From Candidatus Latescibacterota bacterium (GTDB lineage Bacteria; Latescibacterota; UBA2968; UBA8231), in assembly GCA_965215195.1 (NCBI GenBank), contig CBDCDC010000002.1, forward strand, positions 4,768,001-4,832,000: DNA of 64,000 bases, written 5' to 3'. Each line of letters opens with the position of its first letter. Position 1 is the first letter of the stretch. Positions 29,901 through 38,300 of the stretch are shown here, one piece after another. The notes under the pieces are model-generated. The model did not search any database. It was not told the origin of the DNA and saw only the letters and a list, made by a program, of their open reading frames with translations. The position numbers and the translations under genes are program-made.

Positions 29901-31183
29901 ATCCACGCGAAGTCGAATCGCTCTACCGCGGCTTGCCACACGTGGCCGAGCTGAGCGTGGTCGGCGTACCTTCGGCTCGCACCGGGGGCGAAGAAGTACA
30001 CGGCGTGGCCGTGCTCAACAGCGACGCCGAAGAGGCCGAGGACTTGCGCGAGGCCATCCAAGTGCGCTCATACGAGATTTCGCGCACTTTGCCCAGCTAT
30101 CACCGGATCCAGTGCCTGCACTTTTGGACCCGACCGCTGCCGAGGATGGACGACGGGGCCGTGGACCGCCAAGCCCTGTTGTCCGCCATTGAGCGCGAAG
30201 AAAGCCCAGGCGCTGCCCTGCCAGAATGGGAGCGGGCGATCCAGCGCCAAATCGGCCTGCTCGCGGGTCTGAGCAGCGGGGAGGTAGCAGCGCACCTAGA
30301 CGCGCCGCTCGACACCTTGTTGGATTCCCTGATGGCGGTGGAGTTCGCCGCGTGGCTCGGCCAGCGGCTGGGGACTCAAGTCGATAAGCTCTTGCAGCCA
30401 CAGGACACGCTCCGCAGCGTCTTGGCGCGCATAGAGGCCCACTTGCGCGATGGGGTGGACTGGGAGGTGGAGCAGTCGCCCGCGTACTGGTCGGGCATTT
30501 TGCACGCCGAGCCAAGTGCCGAGCCAGAGAGCGAGGCCGGTAAAAAGATGCTGCAAGAAATCTTGTGGGAGACCGGCGGCCCCTTGTTCCGCCGCTTTTT
30601 CGACCTCCGAGCCGGCGGCTTAGAGCACCTGCCGCAAGATCGGCCCTACCTGATTGCCGCCAACCACGCCAGCCACCTCGACGGTGCTTGCGTGTACGCG
30701 GCCGTGCGCTCCCATGTGGATCACCTCAATATCGCAACCAGCGAGCACTACCTCGCCGACTCCGAGTTTCGCTGGTTTTTGTCCACCTTTGCCAACGCCA
30801 TCCCCTTCGACGGCCGCGGCGATTTTGCCGCCGGCTTGGTGCGGGCGCGGCAATTGATGGGGGTGCGCCGCCCGCTGCTGGTCTTTCCTGAAGGCACGCG
30901 CTCGGTCAATGGCCAGCTACAGCCGTTTAAGGCGGGCGTGGGGCTTTTGGCTTACGAGCTAGATGCGCCCGTAGTGCCCCTGCACATTGCCGGCACCCGC
31001 GAAGCCCTGCCCAAGGGGACGCGCACACCAACGCGCCACCCCTTGCGCCTGCTCTTTGGCTCCCCCGTGGCAACCACCTCTTTCAAGGGGTGCGCCACGG
31101 CATTGAGCCCCTATGAGATTTACTACGAGATCGCCGCGGCTCTCAAGCGACAGATCGAGGCGCTGGGCCGCAAAAATATCTGA
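26987..31183 (+). CDS. Multidomain fatty acyl reductase-adenylation-ACP-acyltransferase (ElbD-like ether-lipid enzyme)
   Basis: TGGTGFYG and YTFTK (FAR); GYGLSE, GWLHTGDLG (AMP-binding); LDSL (ACP Ser); NHASHLD and FPEGTRS (PlsC-like); start ATG 26987. Confidence 0.85.
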   Translation: MIREFYQGRTVLLTGGTGFYGQGLTAKILRHLPGVRRLYLVLRPGRGPGGAALPVEERLDELFKLVVFDRFRREEPATFAAARQKVRALACDMQQPGLGLDQASRDELLAEVDLIIGNAASVTFDEPLDSAIQFNTLAPQELLRLAREGRKKPVLVHVSTAYVNGRLTGTISERTLPVDRTVQHLIDRSTPPQPFVPEEEIAQAQALCRAIRAQAQSPEQQRAFRREIVEQSHRRTLSDSRLQKLIDDRCRRWIERELVEEGMRRARQHGWNDVYTFTKAMGEQLLVKHRGQVPLAIVRPSVTEGALEDPHPGWIHGLKVTDPLVVAYGRGIVPDFPAAVGAPMDLVPVDIVVNTVLAAATQATASKVEVFHAATSEENPLPNTRMFKYIKSYFEEHPLLNKDGSRPELVDWTFPTVARFQRIFNWKYLYPLEVRQKLYEYLPERWAPAQKKRRLAALKMRLKRVQYFTDLFSPYTTLDCRYETKRMLALYESLPPEEQRIFNMDVRRIDWYQYYQKTHLPGLRRHELGGADDDREPLGAAPGEVGGEEQRWRIEESIRTIPDLLRWACGRYAARTALQIEHRAGWTRISYDELLTRAERTARSWQAQGASSGARVLLCGDNGPEWVVAYMAASLLGLAVVPIGPQTREEDIWRLGDFVGARALIAAEKRFSQLSPEGVAAHKEMAFFNIDRDGLPFGHAPEPIASAKEGRWKPPRIEPAATASILFTSVVEPRGVMLSHRNLISNVLAQGEVLRIYESDRMLSTLPLHQALEFTGGLLLPLLGGTTITYLEAVNSREMLRTLRDTRTTVLLTAPRLLRVLADRVERLGAEATAALAALRRVVSVGAALSDDLSGAYERLGVAICQGYGLSEAASIVAVNAPKQGRAKSVGQVLPGQQVQIAEPDERGVGEVLVRGANVMEGYFSQEELTQAVLRDGWLHTGDLGRLDDAGYLFVEGRSKDLIVNGAGHNVYPREVESLYRGLPHVAELSVVGVPSARTGGEEVHGVAVLNSDAEEAEDLREAIQVRSYEISRTLPSYHRIQCLHFWTRPLPRMDDGAVDRQALLSAIEREESPGAALPEWERAIQRQIGLLAGLSSGEVAAHLDAPLDTLLDSLMAVEFAAWLGQRLGTQVDKLLQPQDTLRSVLARIEAHLRDGVDWEVEQSPAYWSGILHAEPSAEPESEAGKKMLQEILWETGGPLFRRFFDLRAGGLEHLPQDRPYLIAANHASHLDGACVYAAVRSHVDHLNIATSEHYLADSEFRWFLSTFANAIPFDGRGDFAAGLVRARQLMGVRRPLLVFPEGTRSVNGQLQPFKAGVGLLAYELDAPVVPLHIAGTREALPKGTRTPTRHPLRLLFGSPVATTSFKGCATALSPYEIYYEIAAALKRQIEALGRKNI

Positions 31184-31185
31184 TT

Positions 31186-31938
31186 ATGTACCCCTATCTA
31201 TTCGAAATCGGCCCCATTAGCATCGGCACGTTTGGCCTCATGGTCGCCCTCGGCTTCCTAGCGTCCCTGCACGTGCTCAACCGCGAATTCGAGCGCCAAG
31301 GGCTGCACCCAGAGCTGGGATCGACGATTGTCACCACCGGCATGATCGGCGGGCTCGTCGGGGCCAAACTCTACTTTGTGCTATTTGAAACCTCGCCTGA
31401 GACTTGGGGCGAGGTATTCGACCTGACATTTTCCGGCTACGGCTTGACTTGGTACGGGGGGTTTGTCGTGGCCGCTGGCGGCGTGCTTTGGCAAATTCGC
31501 CGCCGCGATGCGCCGCTGGGCCAAGTTGCCGACTCAGTGGGCATTGCCCTTGCCGTGGGCTACGGGGTCGGGCGGATCGGTTGCCAGCTCGCCGGCGATG
31601 GCGACTACGGGGTGCCGACCGATCTCCCTTGGGGCATGGCCTATCCCAACGGGGTGGTGCCGACCCTTGAAAAGGTCCATCCCGCGCCAGTGTACGAAAC
31701 CCTCGCGCACTTGGGAATCGCGGCCTTGTTGTGGAAGATGCGGACCCGCGTTGAGCCTCCGGGCCTGTTGTTCAGCTTCTATCTCGTCCTCGCCGGGCTG
31801 GCGCGGTTCGCAGTGGAGTTCATTCGGATCAATCCGCGCGTACTGTGGGGCCTGAGCCAAGCCCAGCTTCTCAGCATCGCCATGATTGTCTGCGGCTTGG
31901 GGCTGATGCTGTATCTGCAACGCCGGAAGGCTTCTTGA
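31186..31938 (+). CDS. lgt: Prolipoprotein diacylglyceryl transferase
   Basis: [34 protein letters not shown]. Confidence 0.92.
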   Translation: MYPYLFEIGPISIGTFGLMVALGFLASLHVLNREFERQGLHPELGSTIVTTGMIGGLVGAKLYFVLFETSPETWGEVFDLTFSGYGLTWYGGFVVAAGGVLWQIRRRDAPLGQVADSVGIALAVGYGVGRIGCQLAGDGDYGVPTDLPWGMAYPNGVVPTLEKVHPAPVYETLAHLGIAALLWKMRTRVEPPGLLFSFYLVLAGLARFAVEFIRINPRVLWGLSQAQLLSIAMIVCGLGLMLYLQRRKAS

Positions 31939-33395
31939 TGGCCAAGGCGCGCTACCCGCGCATCTCCAGCTTTAAGCAGGCAGCCGACTTTCGCGCCCAC
32001 TTGGCTCATTTGGGCGCGGAATTGCCCTGCGACGATCAGATCAAAACCGCTCCCACTTCCCCGCTGGCCCAAGCGGCCCACGCCGGCCGCATCTGCATTG
32101 GCAACCGCTTTGCTATTCAGCCGATGGAAGGGTGGGACGGGACTGAAGACGGTCAGCCCAGCGACTTGACGCGCCGGCGCTGGCGGAATTTCGGCCGCAG
32201 CGGGGCCAAGCTGATATGGGGCGGGGAGGCTTTTGCCGTGGTGCCCGAGGGCCGTGCCAACCCGAACCAGCTCATGGCGTGCGAGGAAAACCGCGCTGGC
32301 ATGGCCGAGTTGCGCGACATCCTCCTGTCGGCGCACTGCGAGCGATTCGGCACCACCGACGACCTGCTCCTCGGCCTGCAACTGACGCATTCCGGGCGCT
32401 TTTGCCGGCCCTATCGCAAGGACCAAGCCGCGCCGGCCATCCTCTATCACCACCCGATCTTGGATCGCAAATTCGGCCTTGCCGCGGACCATCCGCTCCT
32501 GACCGACGCCTATATCGAGGCGTTGATCGACCGCTACGTCGCCAGCGCGCAAATCGCCCACGAGCTGGGCTACCACTTCGTGGATATTAAGCATTGCCAC
32601 GGCTACCTCGGGCACGAATTCCTCAGCGCGTTTACCCGGCCCGGCCCCTTTGGCGGCTCCTTTGCCAATCGCACGCGCTTCGTCCGCTGCATCATCGAGG
32701 GAATTCGCAATCGAGCACCCGGCCTCGGCATCGGGGTGCGGCTGAGTGCGTTCGACTTGGTGCCCTTCCGGCCCGATCCAACCGCGAGGAGGGGGCGCGG
32801 GGTGCCCGAGCCTTATCAAAACTGCCTGCCCTACGAGTACGGCTTTGGGGTTGATCAGGGCGACCCGCGGCAAATGGACCTGTGTGAGGCCGAGCAGTTC
32901 ATCGCCTTGTTGGAGAGCTTGGGCGTGGACCTGTTTAACGTGTCCTGCGGCAGCCCTTACTACAATCCGCACATCCAGCGGCCGGCGCTCTTTCCCCCGT
33001 CCGATGGATACCTGCCGCCAGAAGACCCGCTGTGCGGGGTGGCGCGGCAAGTGGCGGTGGTCGCCCGGCTCAAGGCGCGCTTCCCGCGCAGCCTGTTCGT
33101 CGGGTCGGGTTATTCCTACTTGCAGGAGTATCTGCCGCACGTGGGGCAGGCCCTCGTGCGGGCGGGCATGGTGGATTTTATCGGCTTGGGGCGGATGGTT
33201 CTGTCCTATCCCGACCTGCCCAGCGACGTGCTGCAAACGGGCCAACTGCAACGCCGCCTCATCTGCCGCACGTTTTCCGATTGCACGACCGCGCCGCGCA
33301 ACGGCATGATTTCGGGTTGCTTTCCCCTCGACTCGTTTTACAAGCAGCGCGAGGAAGCCCAGCGCTTGCAGGCACTCAAAAAGGGAGCGCAATGA
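31938..33395 (+). CDS. NADH:flavin oxidoreductase (old yellow enzyme family)
   Basis: [33 protein letters not shown]; TGATG coupling with lgt. Confidence 0.88.
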   Translation: MAKARYPRISSFKQAADFRAHLAHLGAELPCDDQIKTAPTSPLAQAAHAGRICIGNRFAIQPMEGWDGTEDGQPSDLTRRRWRNFGRSGAKLIWGGEAFAVVPEGRANPNQLMACEENRAGMAELRDILLSAHCERFGTTDDLLLGLQLTHSGRFCRPYRKDQAAPAILYHHPILDRKFGLAADHPLLTDAYIEALIDRYVASAQIAHELGYHFVDIKHCHGYLGHEFLSAFTRPGPFGGSFANRTRFVRCIIEGIRNRAPGLGIGVRLSAFDLVPFRPDPTARRGRGVPEPYQNCLPYEYGFGVDQGDPRQMDLCEAEQFIALLESLGVDLFNVSCGSPYYNPHIQRPALFPPSDGYLPPEDPLCGVARQVAVVARLKARFPRSLFVGSGYSYLQEYLPHVGQALVRAGMVDFIGLGRMVLSYPDLPSDVLQTGQLQRRLICRTFSDCTTAPRNGMISGCFPLDSFYKQREEAQRLQALKKGAQ

Positions 33396-34126
33396 TGCGG
33401 CAATTCGCCGACAAAGTCGTCCTAGTCACCGGCGCGGGCACTGGGATCGGCGCGGCCATAGCGTGCGGTTTTGCTGACGCAGGGGCGCGGGTGGCGTTTG
33501 TCGGGCGACGTCCCGAGCCGCTCGCGGCCGCGGCCGCCGGCCTCGATGCTGACCGGGTCCTAGTCCGCGCCTGCGACGTATCCGACCGCGGTGCCGTCGC
33601 GGCCTTAGCGTCGGCTGTCGCGGCCGAGTGGGGTGCCGTTGATGTGCTAGTCAACAACGCCGGCATCAACACCAATCCGCGCTCGGTCGGCGCAGTAGCA
33701 CCCGCGGACTGGGACCAGACCATTGCCATCAATCTCACCGGGGTGTACAACATGGTGCGGGCGGTGTTGCCGGGAATGCGGCAACAAAACGACGGCCTCA
33801 TCATCACCATTTCGTCCATTGCCGGCCTGCGGGCCAGCAAGCTAGCCGGTGCCGCGTATTCGGCCTCCAAGCACGGGGCAGTGGCCCTGACGAACTCGAT
33901 CAACGAGGAGGAAGTCGCGTCCGGCATCCGCGCCTGCGCGATTTGCCCTGGCGAGGTAGAGACGCCGATTTTGGCCCAGCGGCCCGAACCCGTCAGCGCC
34001 CAACGCCGGGCCGCCATGCTGCAACCCGAAGAGTTGGCCCAAGCCGCGCTCTTCGTGGCTGCGCTGCCGCCCCGCGCCTGTGTGCCCCTCTTGGTGATCA
34101 AGCCGACGGTGCAGTTGTTTCAGTAG
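33392..34126 (+). CDS. Short-chain dehydrogenase/reductase
   Basis: [17 protein letters not shown]; ATGA overlap with the upstream gene. Confidence 0.92.
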   Translation: MMRQFADKVVLVTGAGTGIGAAIACGFADAGARVAFVGRRPEPLAAAAAGLDADRVLVRACDVSDRGAVAALASAVAAEWGAVDVLVNNAGINTNPRSVGAVAPADWDQTIAINLTGVYNMVRAVLPGMRQQNDGLIITISSIAGLRASKLAGAAYSASKHGAVALTNSINEEEVASGIRACAICPGEVETPILAQRPEPVSAQRRAAMLQPEELAQAALFVAALPPRACVPLLVIKPTVQLFQ

Positions 34127-34128
34127 GG
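34071..34128 (+). repeat. Direct repeat copy 1 (3' end of the SDR gene), 58 bp
   Basis: 55/58 identical to 35860-35917. Confidence 0.95.
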
Positions 34129-34255
34129 CGTTACTAGAAGTATCTCGTAAATATCACCACTAGTTATATTGTAATAGTCTTTACTCCTTGTCACAAACAT
34201 CATGCTTGCTGGCACAGGAGCTCATGTGAGGCGCATATAGCCGAATGAGGATGTT

Positions 34256-35335
34256 ATGACTCTGACAAAAGTAAAATTGAGACGCTTTACTGCGTTCTCG
34301 AACTTGGAATTGGAGCTTTGCCCCGGCATTAACGTTTTAGTGGGTGCAAACGGCACAGGCAAGACCCATTTGATGAAGGTCCTATATGCGGCATGTGACT
34401 CTTCTAAAGCAGACGTCCACTTTGCCGAGAAGTTGATGCGGGTGTTACTTCCGTCGGGCCGCTTCCTAGGGCGACTAGTCAAACGGCAGCCGGGCAGTAC
34501 CAAGAGAGCCAAAGAAAACAAGGAAGCCAAGGAAATCCATGGCCTGATTGAGATATTAGCTAGCAGTCCGGTCGCATTCGTGGATGTGTATCGCGGCGAC
34601 CGGCGATTGAGAGTCCAGTTCTCCAATCGCATCAAATTACCAAATTCCGCCTACGTTTCTATAAGTGGTGCTGATTCTTGGAAAGATTCTTCATTAAAAA
34701 GTATCTATATTCCAGTGAAGGAGATGCTCTCTAACGCACCCGGCTTTCGCTCACTTTACTCGGAACGCGAAATTCACTTTGAAGAAATTTATGCGGACAT
34801 TCTGGACCGGGCTTACATCCCATTACTGCGCGGCAAATCGGATGCTTTACACAGGCGTTTGCTCACTCGTCTGCAAAAAGAGATCGACGGAAAAGTGATG
34901 ATCAAAAATGAGGAGTTTTTTCTAAAAAATAAAAAAGGAACCTTGGAGTTCACCCTGCTTGCTGAGGGCATGCGCAAGCTGGGATTGTTGTGGCTTTTAA
35001 TACAAAATGGCACTTTGCAGAGCGGCTCAGTACTGTTTTGGGATGAGCCTGAGACCAACCTGAACCCGAAGCTGTTAGGTACGCTAATTGATGTCCTGCT
35101 GCAACTGCAACGCGCTGGTGTTCAGGTATTCTTGGCGACCCACGATTACGTCATTCTCAAGGAGATTGATCTCCGTATACGCGATGAGGATGCGGTAGCC
35201 TTCCATTCATTTTACTTTGACGAGATGGGCGAGATAGCCTGTCACACGGCAAGTAACTATCTCGACATCCATCCCAACGCGATTGCGGATACCTTCACCG
35301 ATCTTTACAACCGGGAAATTGAGCGCGACCTATAA
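34256..35335 (+). CDS. ABC/AAA_21-type ATPase (defence/TA-associated)
   Basis: GANGTGKT Walker A, LAEGMRK signature, FWDEPETNLNP Walker B, ATHD H-loop. Confidence 0.88.
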   Translation: MTLTKVKLRRFTAFSNLELELCPGINVLVGANGTGKTHLMKVLYAACDSSKADVHFAEKLMRVLLPSGRFLGRLVKRQPGSTKRAKENKEAKEIHGLIEILASSPVAFVDVYRGDRRLRVQFSNRIKLPNSAYVSISGADSWKDSSLKSIYIPVKEMLSNAPGFRSLYSEREIHFEEIYADILDRAYIPLLRGKSDALHRRLLTRLQKEIDGKVMIKNEEFFLKNKKGTLEFTLLAEGMRKLGLLWLLIQNGTLQSGSVLFWDEPETNLNPKLLGTLIDVLLQLQRAGVQVFLATHDYVILKEIDLRIRDEDAVAFHSFYFDEMGEIACHTASNYLDIHPNAIADTFTDLYNREIERDL

Positions 35336-35856
35336 TGACCGTTCTTGAGGAAGGGGATCTGCAAATTACCATCGGCGACGCGATCAATGCGCGAAAGTTC
35401 GACGATGCCAACCACGGACTGAACAACTGTATGAAAGCGGTGGATTTCATCGTTGAGCTTCTTGACTGCTACCTGTTCATTGAAGTCAAAGACCCACAAG
35501 ATCCTCAGATACCTAAGCAAAGTCGCAACAACTTTCTTCGCAAAATTAAAAGCGGTGAGCTTGACGAGGATCTCAAATACAAGTACCGAGATTCCTTTCT
35601 CTACGAATGGGCGTCGGGCCGAGCCAACAAGCCCATTGACTACCTAGTACTGATTGCCATGGACGCCCTAGATAACGCCCTTTTACTGAATAGGACGGAA
35701 GATCTGAAGCGGAAGCTGCCCTTATTGGGACCGAGGGCACGTCCTTGGCCTCGCCCGACTGTTCGGAGTTGTGGCGTATTCAACATCGCGTCGTGGAGCA
35801 ACCGCTTCCCGCAGTATCCTATCAGGCGACAGAGTGCGGGAACGACGCATCCTTAA
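35335..35856 (+). CDS. Putative PD-(D/E)xK nuclease, partner of the ATPase
   Basis: KAVDFIVE...LFIEVKD; TAATG overlap with the ATPase. Confidence 0.65.
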   Translation: MTVLEEGDLQITIGDAINARKFDDANHGLNNCMKAVDFIVELLDCYLFIEVKDPQDPQIPKQSRNNFLRKIKSGELDEDLKYKYRDSFLYEWASGRANKPIDYLVLIAMDALDNALLLNRTEDLKRKLPLLGPRARPWPRPTVRSCGVFNIASWSNRFPQYPIRRQSAGTTHP

Positions 35857-35859
35857 TCG

Positions 35860-35917
35860 CCCGCGCCTGCGTGCTCCTCTTGGCGATCAAGCCGACGGTG
35901 CAGTTGTTTCAGTAGGG
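35860..35917 (+). repeat. Direct repeat copy 2: orphan duplicate of the SDR 3' end including its stop codon
   Basis: Encodes [17 protein letters not shown] versus [17 protein letters not shown]; begins 3 nt after the nuclease stop. Confidence 0.95.
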
Positions 35918-36059
35918 AGGGACAGTGGCGTCGGAGAAGATGCCGACTAAAGAGCGATACTGTACTATACTTGCTGAACGTTCTCTTGCGTCTAGAAGAA
36001 TTCCGCAAAGTAAAATTCGGTTGTGCATCGCCCTATGACAACGCAGACGAAGCCGATTG

Positions 36060-37307
36060 ATGATAACACTAGTTGAAGCCTTGAATTATCGCTGTTTGCG
36101 GTATGTGCATAGGCCGCTGCGCCCTTTTCACGTCCTCGTAGGGCCGAATGCCTCTGGCAAGACAACCTTTTTGGACGTTATCGGTTTTCTCTGTGATTTG
36201 TTGTATGAAGGCTTGGATACGGCGATCGCAGAACGCACTCAGAACCCCCAAGACCTCTTCTTCCGGCGTCAGGGTGATAGACTAGAGATAGCAGTGGAGG
36301 TACGCATTCCCGATAAGCTACGTTCTCAGACAATAAAACCAGATTTGGACACGGCGAGGTATCAGGTAGCGATTGGGTTTAACGAAACACACCGCCAATT
36401 CGAGTTCAAGTCCGAGACGGTTTTACTAAAAAAATTTGCGGACTTTGCAATGCCACAACGCTCTTTATTTCCAGTGTTAGCAGACGCCCCGAATTCATTA
36501 TTGGAGCGCATTGGGCGGAAAGACAGCAAGGTCGTCATCAATAAGACAGCAGGAGGAAACGACAGCTTTTATAGCGAAACAGATAAAGGCTGGTCACCAT
36601 CGTTCAAATTAGGGCCGCAGACATCGGCTTTCGGCAACCTGCCTGCTGATATAGAGCGATTTCCCGTTGCCACATGGTTTCTAGAGTATCTAACCGGCGG
36701 TGTCCAAGAGTTTGTACTGCATAGTAATGCCATTAAGCGCCCCAGTTCTCCAATGAGGGGGTCTGGTTTTCTGCCGGACGGTTCAAACCTGCCTTGGGTG
36801 GTCTCTCATTTGCGAGAAAAAACTCCCCAGCGGCACCAAGACTGGATTGCACATTTGCGCACGGCCCTGACCGACTTGGTCAACATCGAGACATTCGAGC
36901 GTCCAGAGGACAGGCACTGCTACATGATCTACGAGTATGAAGGCGGGCTAAAGGTGCCTTCGTGGATGGTTTCCGACGGTACGCTGCGACTGACAGCACT
37001 CACTCTGCCCGCATATTTGGCCGATCTACGAGGTATCTATCTAATAGAGGAGCCAGAGAACGGGATACATCCTCGAGCGGTCGCCACTGTGTATGATTCG
37101 CTCTCTTCAATGTATGAGGCTCAGGTCTTATTAGCGACTCATTCGCCGGTAGTGCTGAGCGCGGCCAGCATGGATGACGTATTGTGCTTTGCCAAAAACG
37201 ACGACGGCTCAACCGACATTGTTCTAGGCACCGAACACCCCACGCTACGGCAATGGCAAGGCCAAGCCGACCTTGGCACACTACTTGCCTCTGGGGTTTT
37301 GGGATGA
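36060..37307 (+). CDS. ABC/AAA ATPase, MADS MAD3-like
   Basis: GPNASGKT, VSDGTLR, LIEEPENGIHP, ATHS; N-terminus MITLVEALNYRCLRY recalled as MAD3-like. Confidence 0.75.
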   Translation: MITLVEALNYRCLRYVHRPLRPFHVLVGPNASGKTTFLDVIGFLCDLLYEGLDTAIAERTQNPQDLFFRRQGDRLEIAVEVRIPDKLRSQTIKPDLDTARYQVAIGFNETHRQFEFKSETVLLKKFADFAMPQRSLFPVLADAPNSLLERIGRKDSKVVINKTAGGNDSFYSETDKGWSPSFKLGPQTSAFGNLPADIERFPVATWFLEYLTGGVQEFVLHSNAIKRPSSPMRGSGFLPDGSNLPWVVSHLREKTPQRHQDWIAHLRTALTDLVNIETFERPEDRHCYMIYEYEGGLKVPSWMVSDGTLRLTALTLPAYLADLRGIYLIEEPENGIHPRAVATVYDSLSSMYEAQVLLATHSPVVLSAASMDDVLCFAKNDDGSTDIVLGTEHPTLRQWQGQADLGTLLASGVLG

Positions 37308-37957
37308 ACGAGAAAGACCTCGTTGTTCTCGCGGCCGACTCCAATATAGAACAGGTACTAATTGGGTTGTTTACGCGACCAGAGGCATTGGGTATTCGCC
37401 CGATTGACGTGAACATTTCCGTTCATCCGCAACGCGATCCCGGCTGTGCTACACGCGGCGTTGATTTCCTATCCAATCTATCGGAACTGTATCTCCACGG
37501 ATTGCTCATTTTCGATCGCGAAGGCAGTGGCAGAGAACAGAAGCAGCCCCAAGAAATGCAGAAAGAACTCAACCGTGAGTTAAAGGATTCGGCGTGGGGC
37601 AAACGAGCGAGGGCCATCGTGCTCGACCCAGAACTGGAGGCGTGGGTCTGGAGCGATTCGCCTCATGTCGACGACGTAGCGGGATGGAAAAATCGACGAC
37701 CTCCGCTGCGTCGCTGGCTGACCAGTCAGGGCTATTTGCAAGAAGGGGCAACCAAACCCGAGCGGCCCAAGGAAGCATTGCAAGCGGCTTTGCGCACGGT
37801 GCGAAAGCCTCGCAGTGCCTCCTTGTATCGGCAGCTTGCAGAAAAGGTTTCCCTGCGCCGCTGCAATGATCCATCGTTCTTGGAACTCAAAACGGTCCTA
37901 ACAGCTTGGTTTCCAGCAGGCAGCCCAGTGCTCGGCGAGGTCGAAAGAGCAAGGTAA
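37304..37957 (+). CDS. MAD4-like / DUF4276-like TOPRIM-fold partner
   Basis: KDLVVLAADSN, HPQRDPG, IFDREG, DPELEAWVW; ATGA overlap with the ATPase. Confidence 0.65.
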   Translation: MNEKDLVVLAADSNIEQVLIGLFTRPEALGIRPIDVNISVHPQRDPGCATRGVDFLSNLSELYLHGLLIFDREGSGREQKQPQEMQKELNRELKDSAWGKRARAIVLDPELEAWVWSDSPHVDDVAGWKNRRPPLRRWLTSQGYLQEGATKPERPKEALQAALRTVRKPRSASLYRQLAEKVSLRRCNDPSFLELKTVLTAWFPAGSPVLGEVERAR

Positions 37958-37959
37958 AA

Positions 37960-38211
37960 ATGACAACGCGGAAAATCGCAATCGATGTTCCAGAAAGTGT
38001 GCTGCTGGCTGAAAAGACCGACGAGCGCACTTTTGCACGTGAACTTCGCATGCTGGCCGCGGCCAAGCTCTATGAGCTCGGCCGTCTTTCGTCCGGGCGA
38101 GCTGCGGAGCTTGCTGGGATGGCGCGCGTGGAATTCCTATTGACGCTTGATCGCTACAAGGTCTTTCCACTTGAGACGGAGTTGAATGACCTAGAACGCG
38201 AGCATGTCTGA
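37960..38211 (+). CDS. UPF0175-family putative antitoxin
   Basis: AAAKLYELGRLSSGRAAELAGMARVEFL; ATG 37960. Confidence 0.85.
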   Translation: MTTRKIAIDVPESVLLAEKTDERTFARELRMLAAAKLYELGRLSSGRAAELAGMARVEFLLTLDRYKVFPLETELNDLEREHV

Positions 38212-38251
38212 GTTCATCAGCAACACGTCACCGCTGCTGTATCTTTATCGC
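38204..38251 (+). pseudogene. N-terminal remnant of a DUF3368-type PIN toxin
   Basis: MSEFISNTSPLLYLYR matches the (S)NTSPL start of DUF3368 PINs and overlaps the antitoxin stop; similarity then ends and the frame stops at 38341. Confidence 0.7.
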
Positions 38252-38300
38252 AAATCCATCGTCATGCGTCTTTCGTGGAATGAAATAATTGGAGAATACC

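Noticed and set aside
31779-33392. 537-aa antisense ORF and many similar long shadow ORFs
   Set aside because: They lie opposite well-supported genes in high-GC sequence and show no recognisable motifs
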